Program-made: the position numbers and the translations under genes
Assembly: GCA_938084645.1 (NCBI GenBank)
Contig: CALKEP010000026.1
Span: 1-32,976, forward strand
Direction: 5' to 3'
Length of the DNA stretch: 32,976 nt
From: an uncultured Phycisphaerales bacterium
GTDB lineage: Bacteria > Planctomycetota > Phycisphaerae > Phycisphaerales > SM1A02
The notes under the pieces: generated by a model
Told to the model about the DNA's origin: nothing
Database searches by the model: none
The model's input: the letters and a program-made list of their open reading frames with translations, nothing else
Shown here: piece after piece, positions 24,031 through 32,774 of the stretch
How the letters are laid out: each line of letters starts with the position of its first letter
How positions within the stretch are numbered: the stretch's first letter is position 1

Positions 24031-25062
24031 CTATTCCTGAACCGCCTTCATGGCGATGAGATCCTGCACGTCGACGATCCCGACGGGGGCGCCGCCTTCG
24101 TCGACCACTGGAATCTCGTCCACCCGCCGCTCCCGCACGAGTCGGACGGCGTCCCGCACCAGGGACTGCGCGTCGAGTCGGCGTGGATTGACCGTCATCA
24201 CCTCGATGATCGGCCGCTGCAGCCCGTCCGCGCCTTCCGTGCGCACGAGCCGGCGAAGGTCGCCGTCGGTGAAGATCCCGGTGAGCCGGCCGTCGTCGTC
24301 GACCAGGAGGATCGCGCCGGCCCGTCGGTCGGCCGCGGCGGCCACCAGCGCCTCCTGGACGGTGTGTGACTCGGCGACCACCACGACGTTGTCGCCGACC
24401 CGGAATCGCAGCACTTCGAGGATCGGGCGAAGGCCGGCCCCGAGCATGCCGCCGGGGTGGTGTCGGTGGAACGCGTCCGCGTCGAAATCACGTCGCCGCG
24501 AGGCGGCGAGGGCGAGGGCGTCCCCGACCGCGAGCATCGCGGTGGTGCTCGCGGTGGGCGCGAGTTGCAGCGGGCAGGCTTCAGTGACGTCACCGAGCGC
24601 CAGATGGGCGGCGCACGCCCGTCCGAGCGAACTCCCGGCATCCCGGCTGATTCCGATGCACGGCACTTCATCGGCGCGGAGGATCGAGGCGAGGGCGACG
24701 ACCTCCTCGGTCTCTCCGCTGAAGGACAGCAGCAGGGCGATGTCGCCCCGTCGGATCCGTCCGAGGTCCCCGTGCACGGCCTCCGCGGGGTGAAGGATGT
24801 GGGAGGGGCGACCGAGACTCGACAGGGTGGCGGAGATCTTCGCGCCGATGAGGCCCGACTTGCCCATGCCCGCCACGACCACGTGACCCTGGCAGTCGGC
24901 GACGAGTCCGATGGCGGCGGCCCAGTCGGCGGACGATCCGGCGGCGTTCGCGGCGATCCGCTCGATGGCGTCCCGCTCGGCGCGGAGGGCTTCCGCGACG
25001 AATTCGATCTCCGCGGCGGCGTCGACCGTCCGCGGCGTGGTGGGGGAGGGTTTCGTGGACAT
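24031..25062 (-). CDS. kdsD: KpsF/GutQ family arabinose-5-phosphate isomerase (SIS plus 2 CBS domains)
   Basis: GMGKSGLIGAKISATLSSLG, HPAEAVHGDLG, SFSGETEE, EACPLQLAPTASTT, HHPGGMLG, GIFTDGDLRR. Confidence 0.93.
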   Translation of the reverse strand: MSTKPSPTTPRTVDAAAEIEFVAEALRAERDAIERIAANAAGSSADWAAAIGLVADCQGHVVVAGMGKSGLIGAKISATLSSLGRPSHILHPAEAVHGDLGRIRRGDIALLLSFSGETEEVVALASILRADEVPCIGISRDAGSSLGRACAAHLALGDVTEACPLQLAPTASTTAMLAVGDALALAASRRRDFDADAFHRHHPGGMLGAGLRPILEVLRFRVGDNVVVVAESHTVQEALVAAAADRRAGAILLVDDDGRLTGIFTDGDLRRLVRTEGADGLQRPIIEVMTVNPRRLDAQSLVRDAVRLVRERRVDEIPVVDEGGAPVGIVDVQDLIAMKAVQE

Positions 25063-25141
25063 CCTCGAATTGTACGGCCCGGACGCGAATCGCTCCCGCC
25101 GGTGGTCCTCGTTTCACCGCCCTGGGCGGTACAGTGGACCC
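25063..25141. promoter_or_regulatory. Divergent -10 elements (kdsD / scpA)
   Basis: TACAAT (minus, 25069-25074) and TACAGT (plus, 25130-25135), each 6 nt from its ATG. Confidence 0.62.
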
Positions 25142-25993
25142 ATGGCGATCCAGGACGAATACACGGTCCGGCTCAGTTCCTTCGAGGGGCCGCTCGACCT
25201 GCTGCTCTACCTGATCCGGCGGGCGGAGGTGGACATCCACGACATTCCGATCGTGGAGATCACGGACCAGTTCCTCACCGCGATCACGACCCTCGGGGAC
25301 GACGACCGCATCGACATCGATGCCGCAGGCGAGTTCCTGGTCATGGCGGCCACGCTCGTGGAACTGAAGTCGAGGACGCTCGCGCCGCGACGGACGGACG
25401 AGACCGGTGAGTCCGAATCGATCGAGGAGGAGCACGATCCCCGGCACGAACTCGTGCGTCAGCTGCTCGCCTACCAGCGCTACCGTGCCGCGGCGGGCCG
25501 ACTCGAGGACCGTCGCGAGGAGTTCGCGGCGCGATGGCCGGTGCGGGTGCGGATCGGCGACGCCACCGAGGAGGAGGGGGAGTCACCGGCGCTCGAGCTC
25601 GATGACGTCCACGCCGGCGATCTGTTCGCCGCGTTCGAACGAATCATGGCGGCGATCGATCCGACGAGGATCGGCGAGCATGCGGTCGAGTACGACGACA
25701 CGCCGATCAGCCTCCATCAGGAGGATCTGCTCGACCGGATCGGGCGGGCGCCCGACTTCCGGTTGACGCTGCAGGACGCGTTCGAGGCGCGAAGCCGGGG
25801 AGCGATGATCGGGCTCTTCCTCGCGGTCCTCGAACTCGCACGACAGCGGAAGGTGCTCGTTCGTCAGGAGGACGACGGTGTGATCCAGCTCGAATTGAAT
25901 CGCGACGTGGACGACGGGGTCATGCACTTCGACGACGCGGAGGCGGATGGGGATCTCGAGCGCCCGGACGACGAGTCGCCGTCCGTCGGCTGA
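25142..25993 (+). CDS. scpA: Segregation and condensation protein A (kleisin)
   Basis: FEGPLDLLLYLIRR.EVDI.DIPI, FLVMAATLVELKSR.L, FLAVLELAR. Confidence 0.95.
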   Translation: MAIQDEYTVRLSSFEGPLDLLLYLIRRAEVDIHDIPIVEITDQFLTAITTLGDDDRIDIDAAGEFLVMAATLVELKSRTLAPRRTDETGESESIEEEHDPRHELVRQLLAYQRYRAAAGRLEDRREEFAARWPVRVRIGDATEEEGESPALELDDVHAGDLFAAFERIMAAIDPTRIGEHAVEYDDTPISLHQEDLLDRIGRAPDFRLTLQDAFEARSRGAMIGLFLAVLELARQRKVLVRQEDDGVIQLELNRDVDDGVMHFDDAEADGDLERPDDESPSVG

Positions 25994-26034
25994 GCCCCCT
26001 CGGCGCCGCCTTCAAACCGTCGTCTTCCGCCCGC

Positions 26035-27978
26035 TCAGGACTCGATGTCGCGGGCGATCCCGTTCTCGGTGCACCACTCGTCAAGGAATTCCAGCCACTG
26101 CGGCCCCTGTTCGACGAGTTTCTTGCGGCCGATTCCTCGAATCGAGGACATCCCCTCGAGGGTCGAGGGGCGGCGTCGTGCGAGATCCCGAAGGACCGCA
26201 TCGTTGGCGACCACGTAGGCGGGGACCTTGCGTTCCGATGCCATGCGGCGGCGCAGCTCCCGGAGCCCCTCGAAGAGCTCCTTGTCGACGCCCGACCAGT
26301 CCGTGGCATCCCGCCCCTTCGAGGCTCGGGTCGCTTTCTGGACGCGGCCCCGGGCCGGCTTGGCCAGTTCGATCTCCCGATCGCCGCGAAGAACCGGGAT
26401 TCCGTCGGCGGCGAGCGCGAGCACCGGGCGATCGCCTCCGGTGCGCTCCAGGCACCCGATCGCGACCAGCTGTCCGACGAGATCGGTCACCTGGCCCTTG
26501 GTGAGGTCGCGGAGCAGGCCGAAGGTCGAGAGTTCATCGTGCCGCATCGAGCGGATGCGTTCGGTGTTCGCCCCGACCACGATGTCCGCGATGTGTCCGG
26601 CGCCGAACTGCTGCCCGAGGGTCCCGAGCCGTGCCACGCAGGAGAGGATCTTCCTCGCCACCGTGGTCGCATCGTCGAGCCGCTCGACCTCGCCGAGGCA
26701 GGCGTCGCACGCACCGCACCCTCCCGGGCCCGCGTCCGCGCCGGTCCATTCGTGGCCGAAGTACTCGACGATCGCGCGGTGCCGGCAGCCGAGTCCGCGG
26801 CACCAGGCGGAGGTCTCGTGAAGGAGATCGAGCTGGGCGCTGGTGTTTCGCCGGATGGCGCCCGCATCACCGCCCTCCTCGATCGCCTCGTCGGCGGAGC
26901 GTTCGATGAGACCCTGCCAACGCGCGGCGTCGGAGGCGGCATGGAGGAGCACGCATTCCGCGGCGAGTCCGTCGCGGCCCGCCCGCCCGGCCTCCTGCTG
27001 GTAGTGCTCGAGCGACTTCGGCATGTTGGCGTGGATCACGCATCGGACGTCGCTGCGGTCGATGCCCATGCCGAAGGCGACGGTCGCGACCACCACGGGG
27101 AGTCGGTCTGCCTGGAACGCCTCGTGGACCTTGGACCGTTTCGCGGCGGGGAGGCCGGCGTGATAGCACGAGGCTCGAACGCCGCGGTCCAGCAACTTCT
27201 TCGCGATCCGTTCCGACTCGGCCCGGGTCTGCACGTAGATGATCGACGCCTCGTTCGGATGTCGTTCGAGCACCTCGATCACCTGCTCGATCGCGTTGGT
27301 CCTCGGGCGGACGCGGAAGATGAGGTTCGGACGGTCGACCGAGCCGACCACCCGGACCGGATCCTCGAGCCGGAGTTGCTGGACGATGTCGTCGCGCACC
27401 CGCGGGGTGGCGGTCGCGGTGCACGCCAGCATGGGCACGCCGGGAAGCTGTTCCCGGAGGCTCGCCAGGCGGCGATAGTCGGGTCGGAAGTCATGGCCCC
27501 ACTGGCTGATGCAATGCGCTTCGTCGATCGCGACCAGGCAGGGTTCGGCGGCGGCGAGAATCGAGAGCAGGGACCCCAGGGCAAGCCGCTCCGGTGCGAG
27601 GTAGAGGACGGGGATCCGGCCGTGGACGAATTCACGGAGGACGTCGCGTTTCTCGTCCTCGCTGAGCAGTCCGTGCAGGGCGGCCGCGGGAACGCCGTTC
27701 GCGCGAAGGCTGTCGACCTGGTCCTTCATCAGGCTGACCAGCGGGCTTAGCACGATCGCCGGACGTTCACGCACCAGCGGCGGCAGCTGATAGCACACCG
27801 ATTTTCCACCACCGGTGGGGAGGACCAGCAGGGTGTCCCGGCCGTCGAGGACCGAGGTGACGGCCTCCCGTTGGAGCGTTCGAAGTTCATCGTGGCCCCA
27901 GATCTCGCGAAGCAGCGTCTCCGCCCGATCGATCGGGTCGAGTCCTTCGGAAGGCTGGGTGGGAGCGGCCGTGGTCAT
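26035..27978 (-). CDS. recQ: ATP-dependent DNA helicase RecQ (helicase, Zn/RQC and HRDC domains)
   Basis: LPTGGGKSVCYQ, DEAHCISQWGHDFRPDY, TATAT, ATVAFGMGID, YQQEAGRAGRDG, CRH...CGACDAC, HRDC PAYVVAND..L. ATGA overlap with dacB. Confidence 0.97.
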   Translation of the reverse strand: MTTAAPTQPSEGLDPIDRAETLLREIWGHDELRTLQREAVTSVLDGRDTLLVLPTGGGKSVCYQLPPLVRERPAIVLSPLVSLMKDQVDSLRANGVPAAALHGLLSEDEKRDVLREFVHGRIPVLYLAPERLALGSLLSILAAAEPCLVAIDEAHCISQWGHDFRPDYRRLASLREQLPGVPMLACTATATPRVRDDIVQQLRLEDPVRVVGSVDRPNLIFRVRPRTNAIEQVIEVLERHPNEASIIYVQTRAESERIAKKLLDRGVRASCYHAGLPAAKRSKVHEAFQADRLPVVVATVAFGMGIDRSDVRCVIHANMPKSLEHYQQEAGRAGRDGLAAECVLLHAASDAARWQGLIERSADEAIEEGGDAGAIRRNTSAQLDLLHETSAWCRGLGCRHRAIVEYFGHEWTGADAGPGGCGACDACLGEVERLDDATTVARKILSCVARLGTLGQQFGAGHIADIVVGANTERIRSMRHDELSTFGLLRDLTKGQVTDLVGQLVAIGCLERTGGDRPVLALAADGIPVLRGDREIELAKPARGRVQKATRASKGRDATDWSGVDKELFEGLRELRRRMASERKVPAYVVANDAVLRDLARRRPSTLEGMSSIRGIGRKKLVEQGPQWLEFLDEWCTENGIARDIES

Positions 27979-29609
27979 GGCGCGGCGAGGTCGGCGATCG
28001 CGGTCACGATCGCCTCCTGAAGTCGTTTCGCCGGTCGGGAGGATCCCTTGAAGCCGTTGCAGAGAATGCTGAACGCCCATCGACGGCCGGTGTCGTCGGT
28101 CACGAAGCCACTCAGGCAGCTGACCCCGGTCAGATAGCCGGACTTCGCATCGACCCGGGCGGACCGGCCGTCCCAGTTCTGGAAGCGAGACTCCAGGGAG
28201 CCCTCCTCGCCACCACGGGCCAGGCTCTCGATGAAGATCGTGCCGAGCCGTGGATCGTCGTGGAAGGAGTCGAGCCAGGCGGTCAGGAATCCCGCGGTGA
28301 CCCGGTTCCGCCGCGACAGTCCCGAGCCGTCGTCGAAATAGTTGCCTTCGAGAATGTCACCGGCGTTCGCCCCGATCCTCGCGGTGGCGATTCGACGGAT
28401 CGTCGCGTTCGCATCCTTCCACGCTCCGGGTCGCCCCGTGTTCTCGTGAATCGTCCGCTTCAACAGGGATTCCGCGTAGAGATTCTGGCTCTCCTCGTTG
28501 CAGTGTTCGACGATCTCCTCGATCGGCATTCGAACCACCGGGCCCACGACCGGGCCGGCTTCGCGGGGGCCGCCTTCCCGGCGACCGATCCGGCGGATCT
28601 CGACGCCGCGGTCCCGCACCCGATCGGCGAGGAGCTCGACGGCGATCATGGGCGGATCGTGGACGGTGACCTCGAGTGGCACCACCGGTCGGCCCGATCG
28701 CTGCCTTCGGACCATTCCCTTGAAGACGAGCTCGTTGGTGCCCGGTCGGCGGTAGATCCACGCGGTCTGCTTGTCCGCGCTGATCTTCGAGTCGTTTCGG
28801 GACGCCTCCACGAGTCCGTCGATCCGCGGTCGAACATCCGTCCAGTCGGGTTTCGCGCCGCCGCTGGTCCGTGGTCTGAAGTGAAGGGTGTTGCGATGGA
28901 AGTTCAGGCCCGCCACCTCCGCGGAGAATCGATTCAGTCGATCCTCCGGATTCCAGCCGTCCCGGCCGTCGGTGCCGTCGTTCCAGTGGCGAGGTTCGAA
29001 GATCGAGTCGTCGACCAGGATGTCGATCGGTCCCTCATCCCCGTTTCGGGCGATCGCGTCGGCCCAGAATCCGAGGATGGCCTCTTCGTCGAGCTGGCGT
29101 CGTTCGCCGTCGGCGTCGCGGTACTGGAGGCGATCGAAGAAGATCGGGTCGCCGAGGGAGGGGTCGCCGTCTCCGATCAGGACGTACCCGCCGGGGATTC
29201 GTTCCACCCGGGTCTCGAAGCGGAAGTCCGGACCGAGCGAATGCAGGGCGGCACCGCTCGCCACCACCTTCATGTTGCTCGCAGGAAGCATCGGACGATC
29301 CGCGTCGATGGCCACGATCTCTCGTCCCGGTCCGCCGCCTTCGTCGCACGCTCGGATGCTGACGGCGATTTCAGCGCCCTTCAGATCCCCTCGGCGGGCA
29401 TTCTGGACGAGGGTCTTCACGCGAGTCGCGAGCGTGTCCTGCCCGGCGGCGGTGATCGTCGTGGTGTTCGATGGGGCGGGCCCCGAGGCGGCGGGGGCGA
29501 GACTGGCGGACGTGGGTACGACGCCGAGCGCGGCGGCGATGAGGGGAATCGCGACGCGGGTTCGAGTTCGAGGTGGCCGTGAGATCTTCAAGGTCCGGGT
29601 TCTCCGCAT
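27975..29609 (-). CDS. dacB: D-alanyl-D-alanine carboxypeptidase/endopeptidase (PBP4, peptidase S13)
   Basis: SxxK (PASNMK), GDGDPSL, SxN (ESQNLYAE), DGSGLSRRN, KSG (AKSGYL). N-terminal signal peptide. Start uncertain. Confidence 0.93.
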   Translation of the reverse strand: MRRTRTLKISRPPRTRTRVAIPLIAAALGVVPTSASLAPAASGPAPSNTTTITAAGQDTLATRVKTLVQNARRGDLKGAEIAVSIRACDEGGGPGREIVAIDADRPMLPASNMKVVASGAALHSLGPDFRFETRVERIPGGYVLIGDGDPSLGDPIFFDRLQYRDADGERRQLDEEAILGFWADAIARNGDEGPIDILVDDSIFEPRHWNDGTDGRDGWNPEDRLNRFSAEVAGLNFHRNTLHFRPRTSGGAKPDWTDVRPRIDGLVEASRNDSKISADKQTAWIYRRPGTNELVFKGMVRRQRSGRPVVPLEVTVHDPPMIAVELLADRVRDRGVEIRRIGRREGGPREAGPVVGPVVRMPIEEIVEHCNEESQNLYAESLLKRTIHENTGRPGAWKDANATIRRIATARIGANAGDILEGNYFDDGSGLSRRNRVTAGFLTAWLDSFHDDPRLGTIFIESLARGGEEGSLESRFQNWDGRSARVDAKSGYLTGVSCLSGFVTDDTGRRWAFSILCNGFKGSSRPAKRLQEAIVTAIADLAAP

Positions 29610-29673
29610 CCGTGCGAGCCGGAGCAGTGTAGCCGCGGACCCGTGCGCCAGGTCACCGACTACGATGGACGCC

Positions 29674-30156
29674 ATGTCCACCTCGGCACCGGATTCCGGG
29701 CAAGTTCGTACCTGCCGCCTTTTGCTCGCGCTCGGTATGAACCGCGTCGACGCGGAGCACACCGCACGGGTGGTCCGGAACCACCCCGCCTTCGAGAGCC
29801 GAGGCGGACGGCTCGCCGTCTTCGCCTACCGGGAGTCCGATCCCGCCGGCGGGGACCGGATCCGTGAGGCGTGGATCCTGGTGTCCGTGCTCGGATGGGA
29901 GGAACGAGCCGCCGCGATCGCGCTCGACTGCTCGCGTACGGCGCTCCGCGGCCATCTGGAGCAGGCCGCCTCGCGATTCGATGCCATCGACGTCGAGGCG
30001 CTCCGGCGGATCGTCGACGCATACCGACCCGGCCCGATGGAGGACGAGTCGGCGGCTCCGACGACGGATCCCTATCGTCTCATGCGGTGGCTCGGCTGGA
30101 CCGCCGTGGTGGTGGTCGGTCTCGAGGTGTTTCGCCGGCTCGTCGTGGCCAGCTGA
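29674..30156 (+). CDS. Hypothetical protein with sigma-70 region-4-like HTH and C-terminal TM helix
   Basis: REAWILVSVLGWEERAAAIALDCSRTALRGHLEQA resembles ECF sigma-4. C-terminal WLGWTAVVVVGLEVF followed by RR. TACGAT lies 7 nt upstream. Confidence 0.6.
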   Translation: MSTSAPDSGQVRTCRLLLALGMNRVDAEHTARVVRNHPAFESRGGRLAVFAYRESDPAGGDRIREAWILVSVLGWEERAAAIALDCSRTALRGHLEQAASRFDAIDVEALRRIVDAYRPGPMEDESAAPTTDPYRLMRWLGWTAVVVVGLEVFRRLVVAS

Positions 30157-30200
30157 GCCGCGTCAGATCCGGCTTCGATCGGCGGCGGATCATGCCTAGG

Positions 30201-30845
30201 ATGTCGGCGTCGAAAGCTCGTGGAGAATCAGCATTGCCTCTTGAACGATCTCGTCCGACGGTCGGGCCTCGTGGTTCGGCGACCCAGTGGGTGGTCGCCG
30301 TGGTGGCGATCCTCGCCACGTGCGTGCTGGTCGGTTGGTGGGCGTCGAACCTGCCGTCTCCCCCTCGATTCTCGCCGCTCACGATCGAACCGGGGGTGGC
30401 TCAGGCCAGGGCTCGGCGGATCGTGCTGGAGATCGAGGGGGCCGATGCGGCCCAGGTCCGCGTGGTGCCGCGGGTGGAGTTCGACCTGTCGGCCGGGCGA
30501 CCACCGCTCGAGGGGTTCGCCGCGAGTGCCTTCACGGCGAGATACCGGGTGCCGATCGATCTCGGGGAGACGACGTTCGCCAGTCTCGGCGCCGATGTCC
30601 GGAGTTGCGAGGTGAGGTTCCTCCGCAGCGGCGAGCCGATCGACACCGCGTCGATCGGCGGAGACGGGAGCCTTGAGACCGGGGTGCTGATCCTGCCTGC
30701 CGGAAGCAGCGACATCGAGATCGAGGTCGTCGCGAAAGGCGAGGCGTCCAGCTTCCGGGGGTGGTGGCGACCGGATCCCGAAGGGCCGACCGAGGATCTG
30801 CCGGGAACGATCGCGGAGAGGATGGCGGACCCCTCCGCCGATTGA
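30201..30845 (+). CDS. Membrane-anchored protein with PA14-like beta-sandwich
   Basis: TM segment WVVAVVAILATCVLVGWWA, then FTARYRVPI...LILPAGSSDIEIEV...FRGWWRP resembling PA14. Start could be 30192, 30201 or TTG 30234 (after GGAGA). Confidence 0.6.
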   Translation: MSASKARGESALPLERSRPTVGPRGSATQWVVAVVAILATCVLVGWWASNLPSPPRFSPLTIEPGVAQARARRIVLEIEGADAAQVRVVPRVEFDLSAGRPPLEGFAASAFTARYRVPIDLGETTFASLGADVRSCEVRFLRSGEPIDTASIGGDGSLETGVLILPAGSSDIEIEVVAKGEASSFRGWWRPDPEGPTEDLPGTIAERMADPSAD

Positions 30846-30932
30846 CGGCGGTGTCGAACGGATGGATGCGACCGCGTACCGCGCGGGTGCCGATCTCGCC
30901 GACGTGCCGCCTCGCTGCCCCGGGGTCGCGGT

Positions 30933-30964
30933 GAAGAAAAGGACCCGGCCGCGAGGCCGGGTCC
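30933..30964 (-). terminator. Intrinsic terminator of the rpsB-tsf operon
   Basis: Minus strand ggacccggcc-tcgc-ggccgggtcc-ttttcttc, about 40 nt after the tsf stop. Confidence 0.85.
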
Positions 30965-31005
30965 CGTGATCGAACTACTGGAGGGCGAGCAGGCTCGCCG
31001 AAGTC

Positions 31006-31812
31006 TCACTCGCCGCCGACCTGGAGGCGAACGAAGTTCTTCAACGTCGTTCCCTTGGGGAGCAGCGAGCCGATCTGCTTGCTGTCGTCGCGGACGTACT
31101 TCTGGCCGACGAGGGTCACTTCCTCGAAGAACTTCCGAATCTTACCTTCGGCGATCTTGGCCGCGATCTCGGGCGGCTTGCCGCTGTTCTCGGCTTCGGC
31201 CTTCGCTTCGCCGGCCTTGAGGGCGACGAGGTCGCCCGGCAGACCGTGTTCGTCGACCGCCATGGGCGTCGGGACGTTCGCCGCGACGTGCTGGCAGATG
31301 CCGGTCGCGAGATCCTCGGAGAGTTCGCCTTCGAACTGGAGCAGGACCCCGAGCTTCGAGTCGTGGTGGAGGTAGGAGCCGAAGCTGCCGCCGCTCATCT
31401 TCGTGCCACGGGCCAGCGAGATGTTCTCGCCGGTGGTGATTCGAACCTCGTCGAGCGCCTTGGTCATCGCGTCGTCGAGGGTGACGTCACCGTCGGCGCC
31501 CGACAGCGCGTTGGTCGCGATCTGGGTCGCGAGCTCGCGGAAGCTGTCGTTCCGGGCGGTGAAGTCGGTCTCGGCCCGCAGTTCGATGATCGCGGCGTTG
31601 CTGCCGTCGATCGCGATCGAGATGCAGCCCTCACCCGCGGCGCGGTCGGCGCGGGTGTCCATCTTGCCCTTGAGCTTCTCCCGAAGGGCGGCCTCGGCCG
31701 CATCGGCATCGCCGCCGGCGGCGATCAGGGCTTTCTTGCAGTCCATCATGCCCAGGCCGGTCTTCTGGCGAAGAGCCATCACGTCCTTGGCGCTGACGTC
31801 GGTGGTGGACAT
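31006..31812 (-). CDS. tsf: Translation elongation factor Ts
   Basis: VMALRQKTGLGMMDCKKAL, ELRAETDFTARN, GENI, YLH, GKPPEIAAKIAEGK, FVRLQVG. Confidence 0.98.
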   Translation of the reverse strand: MSTTDVSAKDVMALRQKTGLGMMDCKKALIAAGGDADAAEAALREKLKGKMDTRADRAAGEGCISIAIDGSNAAIIELRAETDFTARNDSFRELATQIATNALSGADGDVTLDDAMTKALDEVRITTGENISLARGTKMSGGSFGSYLHHDSKLGVLLQFEGELSEDLATGICQHVAANVPTPMAVDEHGLPGDLVALKAGEAKAEAENSGKPPEIAAKIAEGKIRKFFEEVTLVGQKYVRDDSKQIGSLLPKGTTLKNFVRLQVGGE

Positions 31813-31934
31813 CGTTCGTTCCGTTTCCTTGCGTGTTCGGATCGGGAATCACCCGATCGGGGTTCCGGCATCCGGTCCCATTGCCTGGACCGGCCCGGGT
31901 GAATACGGGGTCCGTCGCATGACGCGACGGGGGA

Positions 31935-32774
31935 TCAACCTTCGGTCGCGACGCTCGCTTCGGGGGTGGACTCGCCGTCGCTCGGCGCGGCGGGTTCGTC
32001 GGCCCGGAACTGGCTTCGGCTGGAGCGTCGTCGGCCACCGCCGGCGGCCGCTTCGTCATCAGCACCGCCTTCGGCCTTCTCCTGCGCGAGCTGGGCCCGC
32101 TTGGCCTTGCCTTCGGCGATCGCGGCACAGAGTTCCCGGATGGTGACGTCGATGGATCGCATCGAGTCGTCATTGCCGGGGATCGGAATGTCGGCGAGGT
32201 TCGGATCACCGTCGGTGTCGATGAGACAGATGGTCGGGATGCCGAGGTTCTTGGCCTCGTTCAGCGCGTTTCGTTCGCGGTTCACGTCGACCACGACCAT
32301 CGCGCCGGGCAGGTTGTTCATGGACCGGATGCCGTTGAGGTTCCGGAAGATCTTCTTCTGCTCGCGGAGAAGCTGGGATTCCATCTTCTTCGAGTAGCTT
32401 CGGATCTCGCCGGACTCGATCAGCGCCTCGAGTTCCTCGAGTCGCTTGAGTCGCTCGCGGATGGTCCGGAAGTTCGTCAGCGTGCCGCCCAGCCATCGCT
32501 CGGTGACGTACGGCATCTTCACGTCGGTGCAGTACTTCTCGATCGCGGCCTGGGCCTGTCGCTTGGTACCCACGAAGACGACGTCCTTGCCCTGCGCGGT
32601 GACGTTCTGGATCAGCTTCCGTGCGAGCAGGAGGCCCTTGATGGTCTCCTTGATGTCGATGATGTGGATCTGGTTTCGAGTCGCGAAGATGTACGGCTTC
32701 ATCTTCGGGTTCCAGTTGCTTCGGCGCTGGCCGAAGTGGATGCCCGCTTCAATGAGTTCCTTCACCAATGACAT
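31935..32774 (-). CDS. rpsB: 30S ribosomal protein S2
   Basis: ELIEAGIHFGQ..WNPKMKPYIF, FVGTKRQA, RWLGGTLTNF, IPGNDDSMRSI. SD GGAAGG upstream. Low-complexity C-terminal tail. Confidence 0.98.
   Translation of the reverse strand: MSLVKELIEAGIHFGQRRSNWNPKMKPYIFATRNQIHIIDIKETIKGLLLARKLIQNVTAQGKDVVFVGTKRQAQAAIEKYCTDVKMPYVTERWLGGTLTNFRTIRERLKRLEELEALIESGEIRSYSKKMESQLLREQKKIFRNLNGIRSMNNLPGAMVVVDVNRERNALNEAKNLGIPTICLIDTDGDPNLADIPIPGNDDSMRSIDVTIRELCAAIAEGKAKRAQLAQEKAEGGADDEAAAGGGRRRSSRSQFRADEPAAPSDGESTPEASVATEG

Noticed and set aside
23201..24040. Plus-strand 279-aa ORF and minus-strand ORFs 23031-23558 and 23299-23577 across the large intergenic gap
   Set aside because: They show no motifs, have shadow-like composition and overlap the better-supported STAS and 66-aa genes.
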